A stretch of 48,422 nt of DNA from Candidatus Micrarchaeia archaeon (GTDB lineage Archaea; Micrarchaeota; Micrarchaeia; CAILAH01): assembly GCA_038740245.1 (NCBI GenBank), contig JAVYLZ010000003.1, forward strand, positions 1-48,422. The letters run 5' to 3'. This document shows, piece after piece, positions 1-6,954 of the stretch. The notes under the pieces are model-generated. The model had not been told where the DNA came from, searched no databases, and was given only the letters and a program-made list of their open reading frames with translations. A program made the translations under genes and the position numbers. Position 1 is the stretch's first letter. Each line of letters begins with the position of its first letter.

Positions 1-1
1 A

Positions 2-112
2 TTGGCGTTCTTTATGGCTGCATATAAGGAATACCTGTCCCTCTTGAGCGAGGATCTTGCCAAAAAGGAAAAGCAGACGCCACAAAAGAAAAAGCTCTTA
101 AATGAGTTCTAA
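2..112 (+). CDS. C-terminal fragment of an unidentified protein; it runs off the left edge of the window
   Basis: The frame is open from the window edge to TAA at 110-112 (..LAFFMAAYKEYLSLLSEDLAKKEKQTPQKKKLLNEF*). No family was recognised. Confidence 0.3.
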   Translation: MAFFMAAYKEYLSLLSEDLAKKEKQTPQKKKLLNEF

Positions 113-369
113 GTGGCTTCTTTTTTCACCCATTCATATTCGGCCCAAGCCGCAGGGGTTGCGTTGTAGTATTTTAGGGAATCCTGGACGAGCCATAAAT
201 CGGTTTCGTGCATTTTGCTTATGACTTCTGAATAGCTGCGCGGCTGCGGCGCGTAATAATTGGTAAGGGCAACGATAAGCATAAGCAGCATAAGCAATGA
301 TAGCGCCGGCTCCAAGGAAATTATGAACCCGCGGCTGCACTGTTTGGCTTTAATCATATGCATCCTCAT
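109..369 (-). CDS. Small pilin-like protein with a class III (type IV prepilin-like) signal
   Basis: The N-terminus ..KAKQCSRG|FIISLEPALSLLMLLMLIVAL has a basic stretch, then Gly, then a hydrophobic helix with an early Glu. ATG at 369 overlaps the upstream stop (ATGA). It is the last of four co-directional genes with similar N-termini. Confidence 0.5.
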   Translation of the reverse strand: MRMHMIKAKQCSRGFIISLEPALSLLMLLMLIVALTNYYAPQPRSYSEVISKMHETDLWLVQDSLKYYNATPAAWAEYEWVKKEAT

Positions 370-773
370 CCGCACACCTCAAGTATTGCCGGCACACCCA
401 AATCCTTTACATACACTGCTCGAGTAACACACTGTCCGGGATGTGCACCCCCGTACAGGTAGCCCGCTGAGGTGCGCAATGAAACATTTTTTGGTGCAGA
501 TGACATTACTTTTGAGAGGACAATTTCGTTGTCACGCCCTTCCGAGAGCGAAGACACCACCTCATAACTATGTGCTATGCATGATGCCACATCCGCCTGC
601 GCATCCAAGCGGGCTGAAAGTGAATGCGATTCAGTTGCAATTATCTGTGCAGAGATATAGAATATTAGCACCACAAGCAAGAATGCCACTACAAGGTCAA
701 TGCTTATTATGCTGCTAATTGCCACCACCCTTGCGCGTGTATGCGTTTGCCGAGTACGAATTGCCCGAGTCAT
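366..773 (-). CDS. Pilin-like or N-terminally anchored hypothetical protein
   Basis: It has a basic N-terminus followed by the hydrophobic helix VVAISSIISIDLVVAFLLVVLIFYISA. The start is uncertain: ATG 773, or GTG 728/725 just upstream of the preceding stop at 715. Confidence 0.45.
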   Translation of the reverse strand: MTRAIRTRQTHTRARVVAISSIISIDLVVAFLLVVLIFYISAQIIATESHSLSARLDAQADVASCIAHSYEVVSSLSEGRDNEIVLSKVMSSAPKNVSLRTSAGYLYGGAHPGQCVTRAVYVKDLGVPAILEVCG

Positions 774-1014
774 CAGTGCACGTTATGCTGTCCGCGAGCG
801 GGCACGATATCGTTATGTTTGAGGTGCCGTGCGCAACGGCATACCTGTGCAGCGAAACAACAAGCTGCGCGGATGCCGCCCTGTCATGGAGCAGTGAGTG
901 CCTGAGATTGAAAATGGATTTTTCTGATATTTGGTCAAGCGCCGCATACAGAATATAAATTGCCGTAAACAGCATCAGGACGCACACCAATGACTCAATT
1001 GTTATGGCACCCAT
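715..1014 (-). CDS. Type IV pilin-like protein
   Basis: The N-terminus is MG|AITIESLVCVLMLFTAIYILYAAL: Gly, then Glu at +5, then a helix of about 20 hydrophobic residues. This is the classical prepilin signature. Confidence 0.55.
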   Translation of the reverse strand: MGAITIESLVCVLMLFTAIYILYAALDQISEKSIFNLRHSLLHDRAASAQLVVSLHRYAVAHGTSNITISCPLADSITCTDDSGNSYSANAYTRKGGGN

Positions 1015-1016
1015 CT

Positions 1017-1625
1017 TTACACCATGCCGATATAATCCACATCGTATATGCCGTTCGCACGGTCCGCTATTGAAATGCCGAGCACCGGGATAACCGCCAT
1101 GCCATCACTTATATTCATATCTACCGGCAGCTGGCCGCGGCCAACCGATACTTTACCTGCCTCATAATCATACACAAGCACTGATGAGCATGCCCGCATC
1201 TCAATCTCACCGCGCGGCGTAATGATTTTGATTTTGTCACGCGGCTCAAATATGCCCAATGGCTTGGGCTGGGGGGTATCTGCCTGCAAGTTAAGTAGCA
1301 ACCACTCATGCGATGGCACCGAAAGGTAGCCGCACCATATATCAATCATTCCTCCGGAGGCTGCCTCAACCGCAGCCTCATAATTGGCCAGCTTGGCAGC
1401 AGTGCTTTCTATGCAGATATAGGGATTTGTGCTGGTGCACTTCTCGGCAATGATATTCTGGATTGCGCGCTTTGCCTGCATTTTCTTAAAATATAATTCT
1501 TGCAGGTGAAGTGCCTGCTCAACTGCATAATCCGACGAGGCGGCCTGTGCATTGTAAAGCGAGTATGTGGTAAGCAGTGTTTCCGCAAGAAGCATAACAA
1601 GGAGAAATGAGAGAAGGCCCCTCAT
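1017..1625 (-). CDS. Pilin-like secreted protein, first gene of the cluster
   Basis: The internal ATG at 1625 gives MRG|LLSFLLVMLLAETLLTTYSLYN. The tracked ORF continues to 1838, but that extension is R/P-rich and overlaps intergenic hairpins. Confidence 0.5.
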   Translation of the reverse strand: MRGLLSFLLVMLLAETLLTTYSLYNAQAASSDYAVEQALHLQELYFKKMQAKRAIQNIIAEKCTSTNPYICIESTAAKLANYEAAVEAASGGMIDIWCGYLSVPSHEWLLLNLQADTPQPKPLGIFEPRDKIKIITPRGEIEMRACSSVLVYDYEAGKVSVGRGQLPVDMNISDGMAVIPVLGISIADRANGIYDVDYIGMV

Positions 1626-1771
1626 ATATGCTTTTAAACTCTTATCTTTTAAAAGCGTGCATAGCGGGGTAGGGCAGCCTGGAGTGCCCGCCGGGCTCAT
1701 AGAGCTTTTTTTGGGATGCCTAAAAAAGCTCGCAAAAAAGCTTAAGTAACCCGGAGGCCGGTGGTTCAAAC

Positions 1772-1823
1772 GAAGGGTAGGGCTCCGCCCTTCCCTTCGC
1801 AACCCAATCCCAGCATTGGATTG
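1772..1823. other. Two stable hairpins in the divergent intergenic region
   Basis: Hairpin 1 is GAAGGG-T-AGGGC-TCC-GCCCT-T-CCCTTC (1772-1798). Hairpin 2 is CAATCC-CAGCATT-GGATTG (1805-1823). There is no coding signal here. Confidence 0.35.
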
Positions 1824-1879
1824 CAACTGAAAATCCACTCCCCGCTATGCTTCTTTTGCAAATATGCCATGGCGGTTTG

Positions 1880-2497
1880 ATGGTAATGGCAAGCGTTATC
1901 GGCATTGATTTGGCGGGCAGCGAACGGCGCGATACCGGTGTGACTGTAATCAGCAACGGCAAGATTGTGTATACGGGCATTGTGCACAGGAACGGGGAGA
2001 TACTCTCGCTTGTGAAAAAGCATAAGGCAGGGCTTGTTGCCATTGATGCGCCTCTTACATTGCCGAGGGGACGGCTTGGAATCAACGACAGCAACGGCCC
2101 CCATTTCAGGGAATGCGACTTGAAATTGCGCGAGATGAAAATCCGGTTCTTCCCCGTAACACTCGGTCCGATGAGAATGCTTACTTCACGCGGTATTTTG
2201 CTGGCGCAGCTGCTTGCAAATGAATTAAATTGCAGGGCAATTGAGGTATACCCCGGTGCAAGCTATGACCTGTTGGGTGTGCCCCGGCGGGATTATGCCG
2301 GCATTATAAAAGCTGTCCGGGCGCTGGGATATCACATAAAAAACAGGGTGTATACACGCGATGAGATTGACAGCATAATGTGTGCAGTTGTCGGGGATAT
2401 GGAGATTAACGGGGTAGTCAAATCAATAGGTGGTGCAGACGGATGTATATATGTGCCAGGATATTATCACACGCACCCCAACATTGCAATCCCGTGA
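1880..2497 (+). CDS. Predicted RNase H-fold nuclease (DUF429 / COG2410-like)
   Basis: The N-terminal motif M(V)MASVIGIDLAGSERRDTGV..VAIDAPL is typical of this family. The start is ATG 1880 or 1886. Confidence 0.5.
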   Translation: MVMASVIGIDLAGSERRDTGVTVISNGKIVYTGIVHRNGEILSLVKKHKAGLVAIDAPLTLPRGRLGINDSNGPHFRECDLKLREMKIRFFPVTLGPMRMLTSRGILLAQLLANELNCRAIEVYPGASYDLLGVPRRDYAGIIKAVRALGYHIKNRVYTRDEIDSIMCAVVGDMEINGVVKSIGGADGCIYVPGYYHTHPNIAIP

Positions 2498-2548
2498 ACA
2501 GCTGCAGGAGCGCAAATAGTTTATAAGCAAACCACCCCTAATTGTGCC

Positions 2549-3034
2549 ATGAGCAAGCAACAAGTATATACTGTTGATTATGAGGGCCGGCTTGAGGATG
2601 GGACTGTTTTTGATAAGTCGGAAAAGGGCAATCCGCTCACATTCATCAGCGGCATGGGTATGGTTATACCGGGCTTTGAAAAAGGCGTAATAGGCATGAA
2701 AAAGGGCGAGCAGAAAGAGATACGCATTGAGCCGGAAGATGCGTACGGGCCGTACAGGAAGGAGCTGGTGATGGAGCTGCCGCGCTCTGTGCTTGAAGGG
2801 CTGCCTAACATCAAGGAGGGTATGGAGATTGTTGCAACGCTTGAGAGCGGCCAGCAGGTGCCCGTGAAAATTGTGAAGCTGCTCGCGGATAAAGTTGTGC
2901 TGGACTTTAACCATCCGCTCGCTGGCAAAGTGCTTATATTCAGTGTCCATCTGATTAACAAGCGTGATGCAAAGGAGGATGATTTCGGGCCCTGCAGCGG
3001 TGAATGCAGCGGCTGCGGATGCGGTTGCCATTAG
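2549..3034 (+). CDS. slyD: FKBP-type peptidyl-prolyl cis-trans isomerase (SlyD-like) with a Cys/His-rich tail
   Basis: The sequence VDYEGRLEDGTVFDKS...LTFISGMGMVIPGFEKGVIGMKKGEQKEIRIEPEDAYG matches the FKBP core. The C-terminus CSGECSGCGCGCH looks like a metal-binding tail. Confidence 0.85.
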   Translation: MSKQQVYTVDYEGRLEDGTVFDKSEKGNPLTFISGMGMVIPGFEKGVIGMKKGEQKEIRIEPEDAYGPYRKELVMELPRSVLEGLPNIKEGMEIVATLESGQQVPVKIVKLLADKVVLDFNHPLAGKVLIFSVHLINKRDAKEDDFGPCSGECSGCGCGCH

Positions 3035-3050
3035 GCAATGGAGGTCTGCA

Positions 3051-3623
3051 ATGTTGCTGGATGAGATAGCCGCACAAGTGAAGCAGTGCGATAAATGCCC
3101 TTTGCACAAAAGCAGGACCAATGCGGTGCCTGGCGAGGGCAACCCGCACGCAAAAATAATGCTTGTGGGCGAAGCGCCCGGGGAGAATGAAGATTTGCAG
3201 GGCAGACCGTTTGTTGGGCGGGCCGGCCAGCTGCTAAACGAAATGCTCAGTGAGAACGGGCTCACCCGTGATGACGTCTTTATCACGAACATTGTTAAGT
3301 GCAGGCCGCCGGGCAACAGGGATCCTGAGCCGGAAGAAAAAGCTGCATGCTCCCCCTATCTGGACCAGCAAGTTGAGGCATTACAGCCAAGGGTGATTGT
3401 GTGCCTCGGGAGGCACTCTGCGGAATACTTATTCACAAAATACGGGCTTGAGTTCCCGGGCATAACGCAGGCACGCGGCAGGCCCTACAAGGTTGATTCG
3501 CTGTTTGGGCATTTCATATTATTCCCGGTATACCATCCGGCAGCGACGATATACAACCAACAGCTGCGCCCCGTGCTCAAGGATGATTTCAGAAAACTTG
3601 CAGAGATAATAAAACTGAAATAA
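3051..3623 (+). CDS. udg: Uracil-DNA glycosylase, family 4
   Basis: Motifs present: CDKCPLHKSRTNAVPGEGNPHAKIMLVGEAPGENEDLQGRPFVGRAGQLL and FITNIVKCRPPGNRDP. ATG 3051 lies just after the slyD stop at 3034. Confidence 0.85.
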   Translation: MLLDEIAAQVKQCDKCPLHKSRTNAVPGEGNPHAKIMLVGEAPGENEDLQGRPFVGRAGQLLNEMLSENGLTRDDVFITNIVKCRPPGNRDPEPEEKAACSPYLDQQVEALQPRVIVCLGRHSAEYLFTKYGLEFPGITQARGRPYKVDSLFGHFILFPVYHPAATIYNQQLRPVLKDDFRKLAEIIKLK

Positions 3624-3627
3624 ACGG

Positions 3628-3972
3628 CTATTTTGCCGGCGCCTTCTTTTTTGGCTTGAGCTGCGGCTTTGGCGCTACCTGCCCTTCATCGTTGACGCAT
3701 TTTTCAACGCGCTCAGCAATCAGCTTTTGGTATTCCTCGCAAGCCGGCTGGTAGCCCTGCTTGCACCGGTTAATTGCGGACTTTGATTTCAATTCAAGCT
3801 GCTGGCATTCATTCTGAGGGTTGTTTTTGCTGCCTGCATTATCCGAGGGGAAGCCATTTGCAGGCCAGGCAATCATTGCGATTGCTGCGGATGTGAGTAG
3901 AAACTTCGTAAATTTGCTTGTGCGCTTGCTTGCCGACTGCGCCTGTGTATGCGACTTGGTAGATACAGTCAT
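3628..3972 (-). CDS. Small secreted or anchored hypothetical protein with 4 Cys and a Lys/Pro-rich tail
   Basis: The N-terminal hydrophobic segment is FLLTSAAIAMIAWPANG, followed by a helical Cys-containing region and the tail KPQLKPKKKAPAK. No family was recognised. Confidence 0.45.
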   Translation of the reverse strand: MTVSTKSHTQAQSASKRTSKFTKFLLTSAAIAMIAWPANGFPSDNAGSKNNPQNECQQLELKSKSAINRCKQGYQPACEEYQKLIAERVEKCVNDEGQVAPKPQLKPKKKAPAK

Positions 3973-4106
3973 TAAAGCACCGCATTACTTGGTAGAGGAA
4001 GTAATATATATACTTATCATTTCAAGAAAAGTTTATATTGGTGTTGCATTTTACCGGCCAGGTATCAAAAGCACACAGCCAAAATCAGTCGTAAGCACGG
4101 CGAGAG

Positions 4107-4118
4107 TTATATAAAGGT
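4107..4118 (+). promoter_or_regulatory. TATA-box-like element upstream of tRNA-Ile
   Basis: GTTATATAAAGG is centred about 25 nt upstream of the tRNA 5' end (4137). Confidence 0.45.
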
Positions 4119-4136
4119 TATGTAATTTAATAAAGC

Positions 4137-4420
4137 GGGCCAGTAGCTCAGCCTGGTCAGAGCGCCGGTCTTATATGGCCACGCCTGATATAACAATTCA
4201 GGTGCCAAGAGTAGCATCAGGGCTCTGAGAGAGCCGGATGTCGGGAGTTCAAAGCAGGGCCCCAGCGGGCCCCGCACCCCTTGCAACCAAGCAAGTGAGG
4301 CAGGGCCCCAGCGGGCCAGCATGCGCTTTGCGCATGTGGCCTGCAAACATTCTGTTTGCACGGCCCCGCACCCCTTGCAACCAAGCAAGAGATGCACTGT
4401 TGGATGTCTCCCCTGGCCCA
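4137..4420 (+). tRNA. tRNA-Ile (anticodon UAU) with two introns: 4176-4231 at position 37/38 and 4254-4406 at position 59/60 in the T-loop
   Basis: Hand fold: the acceptor stem GGGCCAG/CTGGCCC pairs 7/7. D-arm is GCTC-AGCCTGGTCA-GAGC. Anticodon stem is CCGGT/GCCGG with loop CU-UAU-A..A. T-stem is GGGAG/CTCCC with loop TTCAAA|intron|T. The discriminator is A. Confidence 0.75.
4254..4389 (+). repeat. Direct repeats inside the tRNA-Ile T-loop intron
   Basis: GCAGGGCCCCAGCGGGCC occurs at 4254-4271 and 4300-4317. GGCCCCGCACCCCTTGCAACCAAGCAAG occurs at 4268-4295 and 4362-4389. In the second copy the two halves are separated by a segment holding two perfect hairpins: ATGCGC-TTT-GCGCAT (4321-4335) and TGCAAACA-TTC-TGTTTGCA (4342-4360). 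Confidence 0.9.
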
Positions 4421-4437
4421 CTAAGGGTAATATCCAA

Positions 4438-4773
4438 ATGGCAAAAAAGCGCCTAAGCGCGAAGCGCCGTGAAGCCCGCGGCAGCATCGCCGCCGAGCGC
4501 GTGCATATCCTGCTGGGGATTGCCGCGGACATGCACCGCAGAGGGGACGATAAAACTGCAAGGGAATGCTGCGCACTCGCGCGCAAAATAATGCTGCGAT
4601 ACAGGATCCGTATGGGAAAAGATGCTGGCGTACGGTACTGTAAGCGGTGCTTTATGCCTTGGATAATCGGCGATACTGTCAAGGTCCGGCTTGACAGCAA
4701 CAGGCGGTGCGTTGAGTACACATGCGTGTGCGGCCACCGCAAAAGGTACGGCTATGTGAAGAGAGGTGTATAA
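4438..4773 (+). CDS. rnp4: RNase P protein component 4 (Rpp21/Rpr2 family)
   Basis: The sequence is MAKKRLSAKRREARGSIAAERVHILLGIA...ARKIMLRYRIRM..RYCKRCFMPW..V(R)L...YTCVCGHRKRY, which includes the zinc ribbon. ATG lies 18 nt after the tRNA-Ile 3' end. Confidence 0.85.
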   Translation: MAKKRLSAKRREARGSIAAERVHILLGIAADMHRRGDDKTARECCALARKIMLRYRIRMGKDAGVRYCKRCFMPWIIGDTVKVRLDSNRRCVEYTCVCGHRKRYGYVKRGV

Positions 4774-5190
4774 ATGGCAGATGTTTACGGGATTGAGCCG
4801 AATAAGCTCATAAGCGAAGTTGCAAAAAAACTGGAGGAGCGGGAGGAAATTAAGCCGCCTAAGTTTATGGCATACAGCAAAACCGGCCCACACGTTGAAT
4901 TCGGCCCGGAGAGCAAGAGGTTCTGGTACGTGCGCTGTGCATCCATACTTAGGCAGGCGTATGTGAACGGCGAGGTCAGCGTTGGCGGGCTGCGCGTGCA
5001 CTACGGCGGCAGGAAACGGCACAGGGTTGCATCCGCACACCACGTTGATGCGGGCGGCTCGGCGATACGAAAAGCGATGCAGCAGCTTGAGGCTGCCGGG
5101 CTTCTCAAGAAAGGCCAAAAGCGCGGCAGGGTCCTCACAAGCGAAGGCATAAAGCTGCTCAACTCTATTGCCAAGGGCATAAAGGAGTGA
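4774..5190 (+). CDS. rps19e: 30S ribosomal protein S19e
   Basis: Motifs present: VYGIEPNKLISEVAKKLEE..IKPPKFMAYSKTGPHVE..WYVRCASILRQ and GGSAIRKAMQQLEAAGLL. Confidence 0.9.
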   Translation: MADVYGIEPNKLISEVAKKLEEREEIKPPKFMAYSKTGPHVEFGPESKRFWYVRCASILRQAYVNGEVSVGGLRVHYGGRKRHRVASAHHVDAGGSAIRKAMQQLEAAGLLKKGQKRGRVLTSEGIKLLNSIAKGIKE

Positions 5191-5192
5191 GA

Positions 5193-5495
5193 ATGATGGA
5201 TGAGGAAGAGCTGGACGAAATCCGGAAGCGAAGGATTCAGGAACGGCTCAAGGCAGCCTACCTTGAAGAGCGCAAGAAAGAGCTCTTGGGCAAGTTCCTT
5301 GAGGGCGCTGCGTACGAGCGGATGATGAACGTCCGGCTGTCCAATCCAGAGGTTTATGACAAGGTAGTTGAGGTTATAGTCCAGCTTGCGGCGAGTGGCC
5401 GGCTGAGCAGGAAGCTCAGCGAGCGTGAGGTTCTGGCTATACTGGCCAGGGCGACCCACCGCCACGAGCCGAGCATTGAGATACGGAGGAAATGA
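5193..5495 (+). CDS. DNA-binding protein of the PDCD5/TFAR19 family
   Basis: The sequence [12 protein letters not shown]...[47 protein letters not shown] matches this family. It also sits in the conserved position between S19e and L39e. Confidence 0.8.
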   Translation: MMDEEELDEIRKRRIQERLKAAYLEERKKELLGKFLEGAAYERMMNVRLSNPEVYDKVVEVIVQLAASGRLSRKLSEREVLAILARATHRHEPSIEIRRK

Positions 5496-5680
5496 TTATG
5501 GCAAATGTTGACATCAGGAGGAAAAAGAAGGTAATCCTTGCAAAAAAGTGCAAGCAGAACCGGCGTGTGCCTGTATTTGTCAGTGTGAGGACAAAGCGCG
5601 ATGTTGGCGACAACCCAAAGCGGAGGTACTGGCGGACCAGGAAGCTTAAGCTCAGCAAGGAGAAAGTAATGAAGATGTGA
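5492..5680 (+). CDS. rpl39e: 50S ribosomal protein L39e
   Basis: The motif [35 protein letters not shown] matches L39e. GGAGGA lies upstream. Confidence 0.85.
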   Translation: MIMANVDIRRKKKVILAKKCKQNRRVPVFVSVRTKRDVGDNPKRRYWRTRKLKLSKEKVMKM

Positions 5681-5681
5681 G

Positions 5682-6092
5682 GTGCTTGATGTGGAAAGGA
5701 TATACAATGTAAGCCTTAGCAAGGTTTATTCAATCGGCAGGCACAGGGAGCGTGCACGGAAGGCAATCAAGATGGTGCGCGGCTTTGCAGCGAGGCATAT
5801 GAAAACACCCGAGGAAAAAGTTGTCATCGGGATGGACGTTAATGAGCTCATCTGGCAGAACGGCATGCAGCGGCCTCCGCGGAAGCTGCGGCTGAAGATG
5901 CTCAAGGACAAGGACGGCACTGTAATGGTCTCGCTTGAAGCGGCCGCAAAAGCGCCTGTTGTGAAAAAGGAGAAGGATGCAGCGAAGAAGCCGGAAAAGG
6001 CAGATGCGAAGGCGCCCGCTGCCGAGGAAGCAAAAAAGGGCGCTGAAAAGCCGGAAGCTGCAGCGGCAGGCGCTGCCACGCAAAAGGCATAA
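5682..6092 (+). CDS. rpl31e: 50S ribosomal protein L31e with a C-terminal tail of about 50 aa rich in Lys/Ala/Glu/Pro
   Basis: The L31e core is ERIYNVSLSKVY..RRERARKAIKMVRGFAARHMK...VNELIWQNGMQRPPRKLRLKM. It has a GTG start. The tail is AAAKAPVVKKEKDAAKKPEKADAKAPAAEEAKKGAEKPEAAAAGAATQKA. Confidence 0.85.
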   Translation: MLDVERIYNVSLSKVYSIGRHRERARKAIKMVRGFAARHMKTPEEKVVIGMDVNELIWQNGMQRPPRKLRLKMLKDKDGTVMVSLEAAAKAPVVKKEKDAAKKPEKADAKAPAAEEAKKGAEKPEAAAAGAATQKA

Positions 6093-6095
6093 AAA

Positions 6096-6770
6096 ATGAT
6101 AAAGATAAGCTACCACGGCAACCCGTACATCGGGATATACCTGCGTGCCAGCGATAAGGTGGCGCTGGTGCCGGAGGATACCCCGCACAAGCTCAGGTCC
6201 GCAATAGAGTCGCGGCTGGGCGTTGCTGCAGTGAGCACAAGCCTGTGCGGGTCGGGCCTGCTGGGCATATATTCGGCGATGAACAGCAGGGCGGTTATCG
6301 TGCCGCACATTGCATACGCATCTGAGGTCAGGCAGATACGGAATGAATGCGGGCTTGAGGTTTGCCAAATTGAAACAAAAAACACTGCAATAGGGAACCT
6401 TATTGCATGCAATGACTGCGGCGCAATAGTATCCGAGGCAATTGAGCCGACAAATGTGCGCAAGATTGCTGATGCGCTTGATGTTGAGGTTGTAAGGGGG
6501 CGCATCGCTGGCTACCTCACTGTGGGGAGCGCGTGCGCCGCAACAAACAAGGGGTTCATCATACACAACGATGCCTCCGATGAGGACTTTGAGATGGCGG
6601 AGGGCGTGCTAAAGGTGGAGGGCATAAATTCCACCGTAAACTTCGGGTTCCCGTTCCCGAGCTATGGTGTGGTAGCCAACTCAAACGGGTTTATTGCAGG
6701 TGAAAAATGCACGGGCATTGAGCTTATGAGGGCTGAGCAGGGGCTCGGCCTTTCAGGCAGGAGGATTTGA
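6096..6770 (+). CDS. eif6: Translation initiation factor 6 (aIF6)
   Basis: The sequence MIKISYHGNPYIGIYLRASDKVALVP...LCGSGLLGIYSAMNSRAVIVP... shows the repeated aIF6 pentein pattern. The gene sits in its conserved neighbourhood. Confidence 0.9.
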   Translation: MIKISYHGNPYIGIYLRASDKVALVPEDTPHKLRSAIESRLGVAAVSTSLCGSGLLGIYSAMNSRAVIVPHIAYASEVRQIRNECGLEVCQIETKNTAIGNLIACNDCGAIVSEAIEPTNVRKIADALDVEVVRGRIAGYLTVGSACAATNKGFIIHNDASDEDFEMAEGVLKVEGINSTVNFGFPFPSYGVVANSNGFIAGEKCTGIELMRAEQGLGLSGRRI

Positions 6771-6779
6771 GGTGGTTGT

Positions 6780-6953
6780 ATGAAGTATAAGGTAAGCGGC
6801 AATGTGAAGCTTAAGGGCGGGGTGCGCAAGTTCAGCATTGAGATGGATGCGGAAAGCGAGAAGCATTTGCGCGACAAGGTGCTCGCATATTTCGGTAGCA
6901 AGTACAAGGTGAAGAGAAGCGCAGTTGAAATCTCCGAGATGAAGGGTGCCTAA
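6780..6953 (+). CDS. rplX: 50S ribosomal protein LX (L18Ae/L20A family), 57 aa; absent from the ORF track
   Basis: My own translation is MKYKVSGNVKLKGGVRKFSIEMDAESEKHLRDKVLAYFGSKYKVKRSAVEISEMKGA*. It occupies the conserved slot between aIF6 and prefoldin alpha. Confidence 0.7.
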   Translation: MKYKVSGNVKLKGGVRKFSIEMDAESEKHLRDKVLAYFGSKYKVKRSAVEISEMKGA

Positions 6954-6954
6954 G

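Noticed and set aside
1626-1838. An N-terminal extension of the tracked ORF 1017..1838 (273 aa).
   Set aside because: The extra 71 aa are R/P/G-rich and not protein-like, and they overlap the intergenic hairpins. A clean prepilin-like N-terminus (MRG|LLSFLL..) starts at the internal ATG 1625.
1741-1846. A possible tRNA, because the region contains GGTGGTTCAAA and strong stems.
   Set aside because: I could not find a 7-bp acceptor pairing, a D-arm or an anticodon arm on either strand, even allowing for introns. It is reported only as a structured element.
2423-3316. A 297-aa minus-strand ORF.
   Set aside because: It is antisense to the well-supported slyD and udg genes. Its composition is not protein-like (Ser/Leu/Cys/Ala-rich, no motifs). 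It is a shadow ORF.
4107-5118. Minus-strand ORFs 4107..4742 and 4453..5118, the small ORFs 4238..4456 and 4249..4437, and the long form of the Rpp21 ORF starting at 4321.
   Set aside because: They overlap the tRNA-Ile gene and its intron, or lie antisense to Rpp21 and S19e. The Rpp21 homology begins at ATG 4438 (MAKKRLSAKRRE..), just after the tRNA 3' end.
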